This document shows positions 36,491 to 49,507 of a DNA stretch of 64,000 nucleotides, piece after piece. The stretch's first letter is position 1; each line of letters begins with the position of its first letter. Source of the DNA: Podarcis gaigeae (taxonomy: Eukaryota); assembly GCA_964106915.2 (NCBI GenBank), contig OZ066920.1; one strand, given 5' to 3'. Position numbers and translations under genes: made by a program. The notes beneath the pieces were generated by a model. It did no database searches and had not been told where the DNA came from. It saw only the letters and a program-made list of their open reading frames with translations.

Positions 36491-38706
36491 CATAAAATTA
36501 CAGGACACACAAACCAGCAATATATTGATTGGGCACGTGAAAATATTATGGCCATTTGTGGTGGCACACAGCATAGGGGGACAGGATATAACCCAATGTG
36601 GTCACAAGAGAAGGATTTTAGAATTACAGCAAAATACTTGGGATGTGTGAATGGGGGGGGGGCATGAATTAAGTACTCATTTCAGATTGTCAGCATACCA
36701 AGATCTAGTTATTCATAAACAAATATTAGTGAAATGTAAATCAGAAAGCGACAAGCAAATCATTTTCAACATGACACACACTTACCAGGGAACCAATGCT
36801 CTTTAGCTACTGGCAGAGAACTGCCAAGCTGTGTATTAACGTTATATCTTTTGTACAGGTGCCTGCTCTCAACTAAATGACATGCAATGCCAAGAAGTAG
36901 AGGCCAATATAAAACAGACACATATTTTTCCTGATTATCATTTACAATTACTCTTATTGTTACCCATTATGGCATTAATCCAGTGCTCTCTAGAGCAGAA
37001 AAAAACTTGGATACAACTAGAGCACATAAGCCGCCTTTGAGAAACAACTGCCTGTTGTTTGACATTATTTTTATCAGGAGTGCTACAACAGTTATTAGCA
37101 GAAATCAGACCTTGTTCCGTGATCTATGCATTCTCCCAAAATGTTCCAAGGGTAGAGCATGCTCAGACTTACTAGTATGTGCTAGTTGTGAACTGTTGGA
37201 AATTGTGGTTTATTTTCTAACACATACACAGATTACTTCATAAGTAATACACAAAGTAATACACATACACAAAGTACTTTTAAAATTTTAAATGCATTTT
37301 AAATAAAGTATTTTATTAAATTTATATACTGCCTATATAGCTGAGTTCTTGTATCTGCTATCAATAAAGCCATTGGTTTTCTGGACAACTCCATCCCCCA
37401 TAGCATGAAGAGCTGTTTGCACACTATTGGGATTTCACAAAGGGATATGATATGGTTAGCCTGAATAATATAATTACAAAAATTGGTTCCTTCGTAACTC
37501 TCTAATTCCCCATATCAGATAAGAAATGAACAACAATACACTTTGAAATACAAAAAAGTAAAGAAAATAAAGCAATTGTAATTTTATTGAGATCTGAAGT
37601 AAGATGGTGCTCACTGAGGCAGACAGATTCGGCAAGATAAACAATCAAGCTGAAGTTATTCTCAAGTGTTGGCAAATTCCACAACACAAAGTAAAGGCAA
37701 AACTAAGACTGAAATTCTGTCCTCATATAACCCCACTGAGTTTAGCAAGCCCCCCTCCTTTTTTTCTTTGCTAAGAGCAAGAACAGCCATTGCACACTAC
37801 AAAGTAAAGACTAATTTGCCATGTTTACTTTTCTCCCAGTTCTGTGGAGTTCAAGATATATCTCAAATACATTTCAGTGTGCATTATTTTTTGAATTTTT
37901 ATTTTAAATCTTACTGCCAAGCTGTAGAACTCTTTGCCAGGTTCCTGCACAAAGAAAACTTTATTGCCAACTTTAATCACTTGAGAATTATTAGAAGCTC
38001 ATAATGAAAATATTGGCAGGTTTAACCAATCCTTCAGTACTGCAGTTATTTCAAATTCCCAGAAGCTTCATTGTTCATATACTTCGTATTACTGTTTAAC
38101 TCCAAAACACAAATGGACTACCACTTCAGAATGCCCCGAGACTTGGGTTTTTTATTACACACAGGAAACAGAGAAGAAGGCAAAGGCTGTGATCAGGTCA
38201 ACCATTAATTCAAGCATATTTAGCAATTGGAAACTAAGCTTAATTCTAGTTGTAGGAGAACTAAAAACAAAAAAAATCTCTCATTTTCATGTAATAAGTT
38301 ATACTCTTGTAAGTAAAGAATATTATCTACGTGTTTTACATGCTTAATCAGAGGCTGGGAACCTGTGATCCACATCCAGCTCACAGCCAAGTTCCTGATT
38401 GAGTATGGTGACAATGAACTTTGATTAATGACCTTTGATTAATGACCTTTGATTTTTTAGAGGATAAAGTGTAGACAGTAAAAATATAGCAATTGGGAAC
38501 AGGTTCATTATAAATATTCCATGAGAATATTCCCAGAGTATCAAAAAGTTACATAAATTAGCTTTTAACACATTACAAAAAAATTGTTCAGATATTGTTG
38601 GGGTGAAGCAAGAGCAGAGAGAAAAGAGGTGGCTCCATCCACCATTGGCTCTGGCCCCTGATTTGACCTTCCCTTGAAAAAGAGTACTTAAATAATCAAG
38701 CAGAGG

Positions 38707-38995
38707 TAAGAACATGAGAAAAGATCTGCTGTATCAGACCAATGGCCCATCTACTCCAGGATTTTGTTCCCGGTGGCCAACCACATGCCTATGGAAAGTC
38801 CACAAGCAGCACAACACTCTTCTCCTCACGTCCCTAAGAAAGTAGTATTCAGAGGGATATTGCCTCCAATACTGATGGTATTATAACCAGTAGGACTAAT
38901 AGGCACTGGCTGCCTTAATTTTCCATGAATTTGTCTAATCTTCTTTTAAATCTTTCCAACAAAACCAATTAAGCAATCTTCCTATCCAGCTGCAT
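38707..38995 (-). mobile_element. CR1 3' fragment
   Basis: taagaacatgagaaaagatctgctgtatcagaccaatggcccatctactccagg...ccatgaatttgtctaatcttcttttaaa. Confidence 0.7.
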
Positions 38996-39897
38996 TTCGA
39001 GAGAAAAAAAATCATATGGGCATAACTATTTGCATGAAATAGCTTTACAAGAGCAGACTTGAAGCTTATAGCACCTTCATTATATGGCTTCCGGAGAATG
39101 CACCTCTTTACCCTGTTTTCTGACACTTGAGGGGCAATTTTTTTTTTTAAAAAGGATCCGCATTAATTCTATGATTGCAAGTTGTTTGCAATTGTTTTTA
39201 AGGTTGTAACCTGCCCTGGGACCTTAGGGAGGAGGGTGGTAAGTAAGGAAGGAAGGAAGCTGAAAAAAATGTGAAGGGTACTTAGCACCATATTTCATCA
39301 AGAGAAGATTTCTTGCCTTCCTAGGAAATGTTAGAGGGTGCAGAATAAAGATTGTCAAAGGATTAGACTTGGTTTGAGCATTACAGTACCAACCTCTAGG
39401 ACGCAAGCAACTGCTCCTTTCTTGCATTATTAACATCCTAATCACTATATACAACACTTCTTAAAAACATTATCTGTTTGTCTGCTCAAAGCAGTTCTAA
39501 CATGAGGACCATGACAGGCTCTGGGCAAAGATGAGAGATCCTGTGCAGACCATATCAGAATCCAATTCCTGCTGGACGCTTGCCAGAAGAGCAATATTAC
39601 AGCCTTGGTGGAGACTGTCGGCTCCCTTCGCCTTAGGGCTAATTTTGAAATATACTACAGATGCTGATGAAAAGGAAAGGGGTATGTTAGGACTGAAAGG
39701 AAAACAAGATGAATAAAAGAAAAACTCTTAACATGAACTGATTTTAGTGTTTCATTTATGTCACACTGAACCCACACAGAACTCTTTATTTGAGCTCAGT
39801 TTTTGACACATCTGGCCTATTACTGAACCAGTGACTAGGTATTTTTAGCAGAAGTATGGACCCCTATAATTCATTTAAAAACAACAACTACAATTAA

Positions 39898-41080
39898 CTG
39901 TTGTTGTTGGCATCTGTCTGTCTCAAGAGACGGTGGAGAGCACCTCTGGGGTGAAGTTAGCAACAGTGACCTCCCCGTGATGCAAGCCCAGGCAGTGTAT
40001 GTATAAGGGCCCTGGGCTGCCCAGATGACAAGATTCCCCTCTCAGCCTCGCTCATGTAGTCCAAAGAAAAGCAGAGCAAGACATTTTGCACCAAAATGGC
40101 TGCAGGAGTTGCCAGAAGGTGGCGTACAAGGCGCCATCCACCCGTCTTAGGGACTCCACTCCAGCTTTATGTAGGATTTACTTCTTAGAATTTTCTTCTG
40201 AAGATATTCCGCAAGGCCAGTCCACTTCCAGGTGGGCTGGTGCTGCAATCAGACCACACGGTCTCTTGCTCACAAAGGGGGCTGGATGTTGCCCCCGCAT
40301 CATCAGGAAAGCCCCTCCCATGTCACGGCTCCCAGCCGACCAATCCGGTCAGCTGGGGGCATGGCTTAGGCAATTTAACCAGCCGCATGGCAGGGGAATG
40401 TCCTTCTGTGTTCCAGCTTTGAGGATTTCCCGCCCTCCCACCCTCTTTCCAGGTTTTTGATATTGGCCTCGCTATGGACCTCAGTTGGTCACCGTTGAGG
40501 GGCCTGGTAGGAATTTTTCCACTTGGCAAATTGGCACTGACCATTTGGTTTTTGCCTACCTCGTAGCAATTGTCAGAACTTCATAAGGTTTGGCTTTAGG
40601 CATTGGTAAAACCTTTTTCGGGGGAGGAGAGGTGTGGCCATCACCTGCCCCTCCATACTAAAGGGTATTCTGTTAAAGGAATCTGGTGGTAATGGTTCCT
40701 GTCCGAAGCCTGGGTGGTGGCTAGGGCCATGGCACCACCTTCCAGTGACTCTAGGGGGAGCTTCCAGTAGATGTGCATCAACAGGTTTCCCCTACTGGTG
40801 GTTAACCCTTGTGAGACTTCCTGCAGGCGGGCAGGAGTCAGATATAGTCTGTTCAATTCCAATGCCTAAGCCAATACCACTCACATTCTGTAACCAATAA
40901 AGTTGTGGCCTAAATTTTGCCCATTAACCATTAGCCTAATACGCTGTGTCCTAGTGTCTTTATTCATCACGGGGGGAGGCCTTGGGGTCTTGACGTGCAA
41001 CGGGACCAAAGGTGGACAAACTTCCCTAGAAGGAGCATGACATGTCCCCCAACAAAAGTACCACCCCTCTTCTAAAACCC
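39898..41080 (-). mobile_element. RTE-derived retroposon, copy 2, with an 11-bp TSD and an internal insertion
   Basis: TSD actacaattaa at 39887-39897 and 41081-41091. (GTT)n tail near 39900. 39898-40214 and 41002-41080 match copy 1 in reverse. Confidence 0.75.
40215..41000 (+). mobile_element. LTR-like or tyrosine-recombinase (DIRS/Ngaro-like) terminal fragment
   Basis: GC-richer block not homologous to the host element. AATAAA at 40896-40901 in an aataaagttgtggcc context. No TG...CA ends. gcaa present at both junctions. Confidence 0.5.
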
Positions 41081-42734
41081 ACTACAATTAATAGAAGTAA
41101 ACATAAAATCTAGGGCCAGATACAACTAGTTGGCACTAGTGGCAGCCAGTGCAATGTGTCCCGCTAAATTGGCTACGGAGAAAAGCACACAGGTGGAGGA
41201 GACGGGGTATGAGTAAATTTATTGAATAAAGTCAATAATATGACTTTATTACTACGCTTCAATCCAAGAGTGGCTAGCATGAAAGGAAAGACACTTCCAA
41301 TCACACCATTTGGCCCCCAATTTCCTATTCCCCCATTCAGCTATGGTGAGCTATAGTCTCTTCACTACATCTCATGCCATTCCAGAAGATCCCTCAACCC
41401 TTAGGAATGGTGAAGGGGTGGGGATGGTACAACAGGCTGGCAGTTCAGAGTTCAACAACACCCATTCTGTGAGTGGAACTCTGCTTCTGGTTCATAAGCT
41501 TACCAGTATTATTTTATGTGGAATGAAGTCTAGTAATTGCAGAACACCAACAGGAGAGCAGAAATAAATTATTTTGAGTGTTTGCGTCATGTAGGCTTCC
41601 CAAGTTTTCTTCCACAGAATACCTAGTGGTAGCCTCAAAACAAATGTTTTTATGGAAGGGAGAAGTACTAAAAACACCAGCCTACAACATTTTCCCACTC
41701 ACAAGTGTAGATTTACAACTTGCTTCATGCTACTGGTGTACTGAATGCCTTAATGCAGAATTGTCACCCTTGAAGCTAAATATTAAAATCTTTATCTTTG
41801 CAGAATGCAAAAGAGTTCTCTTCTGCACTTTAAAGTTTTATGTGCCTGTGTTGGATAACAGAAATGATGGATGAGAAAATAGAAAAGAAATCAAGTAGAA
41901 AAACAAGCTTTGCTTTTAGTAAATAAATATATAGTTCTGCAATTATTTTTATTCTCTGCATGAGTAAATTCCTACACTAGTAAGTTCTGTCTCTCAGGCT
42001 ATGAGCCTCGCCTGTATACTCAACAACGTATTCACTGCTTCAATGAAATGCAACTGGAGAGAAGGTCAACTTCCTCAGGCCATGAAGATTCAGAGACATT
42101 GAGATAAGAGTCTACTGACGTGAGAGAACAAAACCAGAAACCAAATAGAGGCATTGAATTTTCAAAAATACTTGCATTCATATATGGAGGAGAAAGAGAC
42201 ATTTTGATGTAGATAAATTCACTGCTCTCAAAGTTCTAGAATTAAGAGAACAATTCCACAGTCACGTTAGTTAACCTACAAATAGAGTAATTAATGTTAA
42301 TCCTGCAACTAAGCCAGAAATTTGCTTCTGTATCCCCTTTCTCTTGGGGCGGAAGGCCATCCCAAATTCTCTTTTCCTCCTCTGTCTCTGGCCTGGTGAC
42401 ACTTCTTGACCCAGTAGAGAAAGACACCTTCATAATCCTTTACCTTCTAAGCTGTTTGATTCCACTATCACGGGGAAGGATGTTCCAGCCCCTATATCAG
42501 ACAGGATAGTTTTACAGGGACAGTTTTGGCTTTACAAAACTTACAGCTTCTGTTTACCTGGCAGCAGACCAGTTACTTATAGGGGCTGAAAAGTAATTTA
42601 ATATGAAGGCAACTACCATCCATTTACCTGTAAGCCACCTGAACTAAGCAGGACTTAATTCTGAGTAGACATGGTTACGACTGCATTGTATAGTACAAGC
42701 TAGATTTCAAAGGAGCAGAGGAACCAGAGACCAA

Positions 42735-43012
42735 ATTGCAAATCAGCCCTGAGTGCTCACTTGAAGGACACATCCTAAAGCTGAGGCTCCAATACTTTGG
42801 CCACCTCATGAGAAAAGAAGACGCTCTGGAAAAGACCCTGATGGTGGGAAAGATTGAGGAGAAGGGGACGACAGAGGACGAGATGGTTGGACAGTGTTCT
42901 CGAAGCTCCGAACATGAGTTTGATGAAGCTGCGGGAGGCAGTGGAAGACAGGAGTGCCTGTGCGTGTTCTGGTCCATGGGGTCACGAAGAGTTGGACACG
43001 ACTAAACAACAA
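42735..43012 (+). mobile_element. Bov-B (RTE) LINE 3' terminal fragment
   Basis: Encodes SPECSLEGHILKLRLQYFGHLMRKEDALEKTLMVGKIE, the Bov-B ORF C-terminus. Tail gtccatggggtcacgaagagttggacacgactaaacaacaa. Confidence 0.92.
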
Positions 43013-43248
43013 AACTCAGTTAAGGAATAAAGTCTTAAATCTAAAGAGGAAGCTTTCCTTCACATCATATATATGTTTTCATAATCCACAATCAACATTT
43101 ATGTCCAAAACATTTATGTCCCAACCATAAATGTACACATACAGCAGTACAGCACAGAGCAGTGCACTAAACCAGTAATTCTGGGAAGGTTTGGATCAGG
43201 GATCAGTGGCCAAGGATGAAGGGAGATGGAATACAACAACATCTAAAG

Positions 43249-43386
43249 CAGCAGTTCTCAACCTGTGGGTCCCCAGATGTTGTTGGATTACAACTTCCAT
43301 CATCCCTGAGCTCTGGCCTTGCTAGCTAGGGGTGATGGGAGTTGTAGTTCAACAACATCTGGGGACCCACAGGTTGAGAACTGCTG
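43249..43386. mobile_element. Young palindromic hAT MITE with SPIN-like termini
   Basis: cagcagttctcaacctgtgggtccccagatgttgttg / caacaacatctggggacccacaggttgagaactgctg. TSD atctaaag/ctctagag (6/8). Confidence 0.88.
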
Positions 43387-45039
43387 CTCTAGAGGATCAC
43401 CAGTTCCCTATCCCAAGCACAGATGACTCTGTTGCTGTATTTATATTGACTGAAAACAAAATAACCCCTACAATATTATTCAAATCCATGGCAATTACAA
43501 TAGTAGCTTAATTTTCAGTTTCTAGAATAGCAGATAAAAGTGGTTCCAAAAGAATGGAAACCATTTTGCCTCCTTCTCAGGCTTTACAACTTTTCATGTG
43601 ATACTAGGAATAAAAAAAGTAAATGCGGATGTGCCCCAGATCAGATTCCATAGAAATGCAAGATTGGATATCAGTATGTGAACAGATTTGTTCTTCTATT
43701 GTCTATATATGTTCAATTTGTGATCTTTGGATATTACATAAAGATAGTGTCTTAAACCATCAGTCAAGCACCTGAGCTCGTATTATTATTTCAAACAAAT
43801 GACGCAATGGAACAGCATGCTTTCAATCACACATTCCACTACAAAGGAATTGTGCATAATTATTTGGTGCTATAAAAACAAGATGAAGGTTAACTTTACA
43901 ATTACATGAAAAGAAAGTACTGTTAAAATGTTTTCAGTGATATTCAAAATCACATTTTAGATTAAAAACTGTTACTTAATTCTGAATATATTACACATCC
44001 TATATTCTTATATACACGTCCTATATTCTTAACTCAATCTCAACATGGGCAAAATATCCAGATTTCTCTCTCTCTCATTAACTATGCTTCGACGCAACTC
44101 TAAAGTGGTAAACCAGAGGTGGCTAGCAGTTCAGGGGTTTTACCCAGACCTCCAAACAATTTTTTCCAGCCCCTCCAAAAATCCACATTTTGGCAGCAGT
44201 GGCAAAAAGAAAGAAAATTGAAGTAGGCACACTACCAGTATGGAAGGAGAGGTCTAAACCCTGATGGGAATGCAAATCATGCCCCCACCATCAATAATTT
44301 GATGAGTGGGAACAGATGATAACCCCCTATTCTGCATGTGTATGCCTGAGTGTTGTCAATGTGATACACATCCACCTCTAGAGCCCTTGGGGCAAAAGAT
44401 TAGCCTCTCAGTCATAGCAATTGGAGGGAGGGGGCAGAATGCCAGTTTTATCTTGCTCAGCATTATCTACACAGACAGGCAGCAGTTCTCCAGAGTTTCA
44501 GGAAAAGGTTTTTCCCAGCCCTACCCAGAAACACCAGGGACTGAACACGACTAGGCAAATTAAACTGCACACAAGCTGAAATCTCACCAGAGTGGCTGCC
44601 TTGCTGTTTCATACTCACCAGTGCATGTATGTTTCTCCTGAACAAACCGGGAAGCTTAAAACAAATCTTGGTTGTTTGTTTGCTAGTTCAGATGCAACAC
44701 TAAGCTTGATGCTCCATTATTTGTTTCTCCAACTGGAGGAAGAGAGGAGCAAAGTAGCAGAGCACAAGTTGCATGCAGCTCATGGACAGACTGATTTGTT
44801 TAACCATGCTTTACGGCCTCCCTGAGTTGCAATTAGGTGCCCTGGACTCTCAATGCATTTTCTGTTCTTCCACTATGTGAACAATCATAAACATTTTCAC
44901 CCTCGTTCCTGGAGGATGATTTGTTCCAAACTGAAAACTATTCAAGCTTTGTTTGGCTTTCCTGCCGCAATCAGTTTAAAAGATGCTCTGCCACCTTTTT
45001 AAGGTTTTCAGGTCTTCACAAGGTCCATAATTAAATATA

Positions 45040-45300
45040 GAACATGCTGCCACAGGAATAAGTGATGGCCACCAACTTGGATGGCTTTAAAAGAGGACTA
45101 GATGAATAAATTCATGGAGGATAAGGCTATCAATGGCTACTAGTCATGATGGTTATGTTCTGCCTCTTACAGTCACAAGCAATAATATTTCTAAATACCA
45201 GTTGATGGAAGCCACAGAAATGGACAGTGCTCTTGAGTTCAAGTTCTACATGCCAGTGTCCTACAGGCATCTGGCTGGCCTCTGTGAGAACAGGATATAC
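45040..45300 (+). mobile_element. CR1 3' fragment
   Basis: gtgatggccaccaacttggatggctttaaaagaggactagat...ttcatggaggataaggctatcaatggctactag. Confidence 0.8.
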
Positions 45301-45570
45301 AAAAAAGTTCTTTACACCTTGTATGAATTGTTATCCAAGAGCTTTACCTAACAATCATGTGTTTTCCCAGGGTCATTTTAGAAGAATAGCAGAAGAGTAG
45401 TGCAGGCACAAGGTTAAAAGTAACACACATTTTTTTGGACGTGTGCTGTAATTGTTCATTATTCTTTCAGTTTTTGAATATTTAAATATACAAAACTGAA
45501 TATAAAAATGGGGAAACAGCAGTCTTACTTTGCTCACATTTTGAGTTGCAACATAGTAAAACACAATATA

Positions 45571-45935
45571 GGGACGCAGGTGGCGCTGTGCGTTAAAGCC
45601 TCAGCGCCTAGGACTTGCCGATCGAAAGGTCGGCGGTTCAAATCCCTGCGGCGGGGTGCGCTCCCGCTGCTCGGTCCCAGCGCCTGCCAACCTAGCAGTT
45701 CGAAAGCACCTCCGGATGCAAGTAGATAAATAGGGATCGCTTACCAGCGGGAAGGTAAATGGCGTTTCCGTGTGCGGCTCTGGCTCGCCAGAGCAGCGAT
45801 GTCACGCTGGCCACGTGACCCGGAAGTGTCTCCGGACAGCGCTGGCCCCTGGCCTCTTGAGTGAGATGGGCGCACAACCCCAGAGTCTGTCAAGACTGGC
45901 CCGTATGGGCAGGGGTACCTTTACCTTTACCTTTT
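45571..45935 (+). mobile_element. Sauria SINE, full length
   Basis: tRNA-like head gggacgcaggtggcgctgtg...ggtcggcggttcaaatccc and (ACCTTT)n tail. 13-bp TSD taaaacacaatat at 45557-45569 and 45936-45948. Confidence 0.95.
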
Positions 45936-46953
45936 TAAAACACAATATTTCAAAGGAGTCAGCTACCACGAATAAATAGCACTTGCACACCGCCCTGAGA
46001 TCTTTTGATGAAGGGTGGTATATAAATCTAATAAATAAAATTAGTAAAAATAATAATCTTTTAGATTTCAGAAGCTGAAAACCTTTATCTCTAAGCCTTT
46101 ACACATGAACATGATACTCATACTAGCACTTTTAAAAAGCTAACCTGATAAACTAAAAAGCAGCCATGTTGAAATTTGTTTTAATGTATTTTGACATTCT
46201 ACTCAAACAGAGCTTATGAAGAAAAGTTGAAATTTTATGAGAGTATCATACAATGGAACTATGAGTTGACCTCTGACACAGAACATAAATGAACTCATTC
46301 ACCTCTGGGGTTTCCCCCTCTTTTCCCCCAGGATTCTGTTCTCCCAGGGAGTTGCTCATTTTAGTCAGTTACGGTACTTGGAAGAAGGCAGACAGCCAAA
46401 CTGCAAACACAATGACTGGATTGAGTTCTTAAGCAAATACACAAGAATGGCATTCAATCTCTTACAAGAGGAATAATTTTCATCATAAGTGTAACAAGAA
46501 ACCTGGTCTAAAGCAAGGGTAGGTCATCCCTTAAAACAGATATTTTGTTTTTTAGGAGCAAACTTTCATCTAATGATAACCCAAAAGAGCAAAGCAGGAG
46601 ACCTCTAAAAACCACAAACATTTATCTCACAGTAAGTAAGTGGAGTAGGAGCCAGCAAATTTATCTGTTAAATGGTTGCGAACAGGCTAGCATCAAAGAA
46701 TGGGCTGAGGCAGAGCCAAAGGTAATAGTGGAGAAAATTACATTAGGGAGGCTCTATAAGAACTCACCTAATATTGAAAACAACAGCACCCTACACCCAA
46801 AGCAGATTCTACGCTTAACAAATAAGGAAAAAAACTGATCAGGATTCCTCTCATTCTCCACCCTACTACTCTGGTGTGTTTTGTTGCTTTTTTTTTAGTT
46901 TGTAAGCCTGAGGGAAGGGTCTGACCCTCGTTTTTATTTTGATGGGAGAAGTA

Positions 46954-47367
46954 CCGTATTTTTCGTCCCATAGGATGCTCCGTCCCATAGGACGCACCTA
47001 GTTTTTTTGGGGGGGAATAAAGGGGGGTAAATTCCTTTATTTCCCCCCCCAAAAGCAGGTCAGGGAAACCAAACCAGGTCGAAGAACAGCGGGATGGCGG
47101 CGCTGCGCCTCCCTGCTGTCCCCCGAGCTTGTGGGGCTGGCCGGTGTCTGCCCGGCGCGAGGGGTGCTCTGCTTCAGGGTGCCCCGCACGCCGGGCAGCA
47201 GGCTGCTATCCGCCTAGGCTGTGGATGTCTTCCTGAAGCCTGGAGAGCGAGAGGTGTCGGTGCGCACCGACCCCTCTCGCTCTCCACGCTTGAGCGAAAG
47301 CCTGCATTCGCCCCATAGGACGCACCCAGATTTCCCCTTCATTTTTGGAGGGGGGAAAGTGCGTCCT
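46954..47367 (+). mobile_element. Tc1/mariner (Tc2-like, CCGTATTTTTCG terminus) non-autonomous element, right end truncated
   Basis: TA|ccgtatttttcgtcccataggatgc. Repeated cccataggacgcacc. Right subterminal gtgcgtcct present, final TIR missing. Confidence 0.75.
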
Positions 47368-47951
47368 TCAATTTCTTGGTGCATCTGGTGAAAGCCTCCA
47401 CTCACAACTCCAATCCCACCCTGAGGAACAGATTATAAAACCTCTGTGAGGGGGGTGAGTGATGGGCATATCACCCCTAAATGGAGGACATGCTTCAGGG
47501 GACCCACTGGGAAAAAAGGGGAGCTAGGGAGCTCAGAGAGTCTGGAGAAATCAGAGGTAGGCTGGGGGAGGATTGATCAAGCGCTTCCTGGCCCTATTCA
47601 TTGTCCCTCAGCTCAGGAATAAAGAATTATAGAAGTCCACCTGGAAATTCCTAGGTGAATGCTTTGCTGGTTTAGCTTCCCTAATTAGACTAAAAACAGT
47701 GATGGGGGTGGGGAGAAGAAGAAAACATCAGTCTTCTTTCTCATTCCTCTATGTTAAAGTTTTTAGTTTGCTTTTCAAATAACAATGTTGCTAACAAATG
47801 GTTTTGGAAGAGGTCTCACTGAGACCTGCCTGCTCCAAGGCAGGAAACATACTTGTTAGATGAGAAAGTCCACCCTCACCCAGGAAGTTAGTGTCCTTTT
47901 TCTGCCTTCTGTTGACCCAGAGAAGGGGACTTCCCAATCCTTTCAGCATGT

Positions 47952-48090
47952 NNNNNNNNNNNNNNNNNNNNNNNNNNNNNNNNNNNNNNNNNNNNNNNNN
48001 NNNNNNNNNNNNNNNNNNNNNNNNNNNNNNNNNNNNNNNNNNNNNNNNNNNNNNNNNNNNNNNNNNNNNNNNNNNNNNNNNNNNNNNNNN
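47952..48090. other. Assembly gap (N run)
   Basis: Directly visible. Confidence 1.
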
Positions 48091-49158
48091 TTCATTTGTT
48101 TATCAGTGAGGGAGTTCAACTATAGATAACAATTTATATTTCAAACTCTCCATTCTCAAATATCCCACAAGGAATATAACACGTATGATTAGGGGTGAGG
48201 GATTCAGAATGTGAAAATCTGCAATATTGTCAATGTACGCATGTTAAGAGTGAACAAACACTTTCGTCACAGACATTTTAGATTAAGTATTCCAAGTACA
48301 ACCACAAGAATACCACTACCAGCACACATCAACACATTATTTCCCGTTCCTGCTATAACAATTTGAACCTCTTTCTGCAAAACAAATCACGTGCAGCAAC
48401 AGCTTTCCAAATGAAAGATTTGTTAACACTGGAATGTTCCTGCTCATCTTGGCTTTTCACTTCTAAACTCAACAAAAATGTTATGCATTTCAAAACTATG
48501 CCTGCAAGCGCAGTTCAGATAAAAGTGACTTTATTGTGGCTGTTCACTACATTAATTAAAAAGTAGTTATTTGACTTCTATTTACATACAAACTGGGATG
48601 TTCTTTGAATACAGACTGTACCCATCATAGGATGAAACATCTAAATATCATTTCTGACATTTGGCTTATGACTTACGCTCCTCCTCAATGAACCGTGGAA
48701 CAAATTCCAAACACCGCACTGACATTGACAAGACAGCATGTTCTTTCTATATTAAAAACATTGCATAGTCTTGTAAAGAATGCTAAATGCCTTAACAGAA
48801 AACGCTTTGAACCAAGGGCTTTCCTACACTAAAAACTACTCACTGCTTGAAAAGCTTCACTTTGTGTGGACAATAATGATTTCTTTCTGTTACCTAAGAA
48901 CAGAGATCAAATCATTTCACTACAAATAAACTATAACCTGAAATTTGACTGAAGGCTAAAATGTAATTCTACTCAATGACACATTTTAACACATTGCAGA
49001 AAATCTTAGAAATGATTAGTATTAATATTTATTTACAAATTGCTGTTCATATGGAAGCAGAGTTTGTAACAATGCATAACACACAATGCAACACAAACAT
49101 TAATTGGGAACTCCTAGATGGAGCATATGTTCATATATGTACATACATGATGACCATG

Positions 49159-49507
49159 TAAAGGTAAAGGGAACCCTGACCATTAGGTCCAGTCGTGACC
49201 GACTCTGGGGTTGCGGTGCCCATCTCGCTTTATTGGCCGAGGGAGCCAATACAGTCTCCGGGTCATGTGGCCAGCATGACTAAGCTGCTTCTGGCAAACC
49301 AGAGCAGCGCACAGAAATGCTGTTTACCTTCCCACCAGAGCGGTACCTATTTATCTACTTGCATTCTGACGTGCTTTTGAACTGCTAGGTTGGCAGGAGC
49401 AGGGACCGAGCAATGAGATCTCACCCCGTCACGGGGATTCGAACCGCCGACCTTCTGATTGGCAAGTCCTAGGCTCTGTGGTTTAACCCACAGCGCCACC
49501 TGTGTCC
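49159..49507 (-). mobile_element. Sauria SINE (different subfamily from 45571)
   Basis: Tail taaaggtaaaggg and head gggattcgaaccgccgacc...acccacagcgccacc in reverse. Flanking catgta repeat. Confidence 0.93.

Noticed and set aside
47860-48129. ORFs spanning the N run
   Set aside because: Artefact of the assembly gap.
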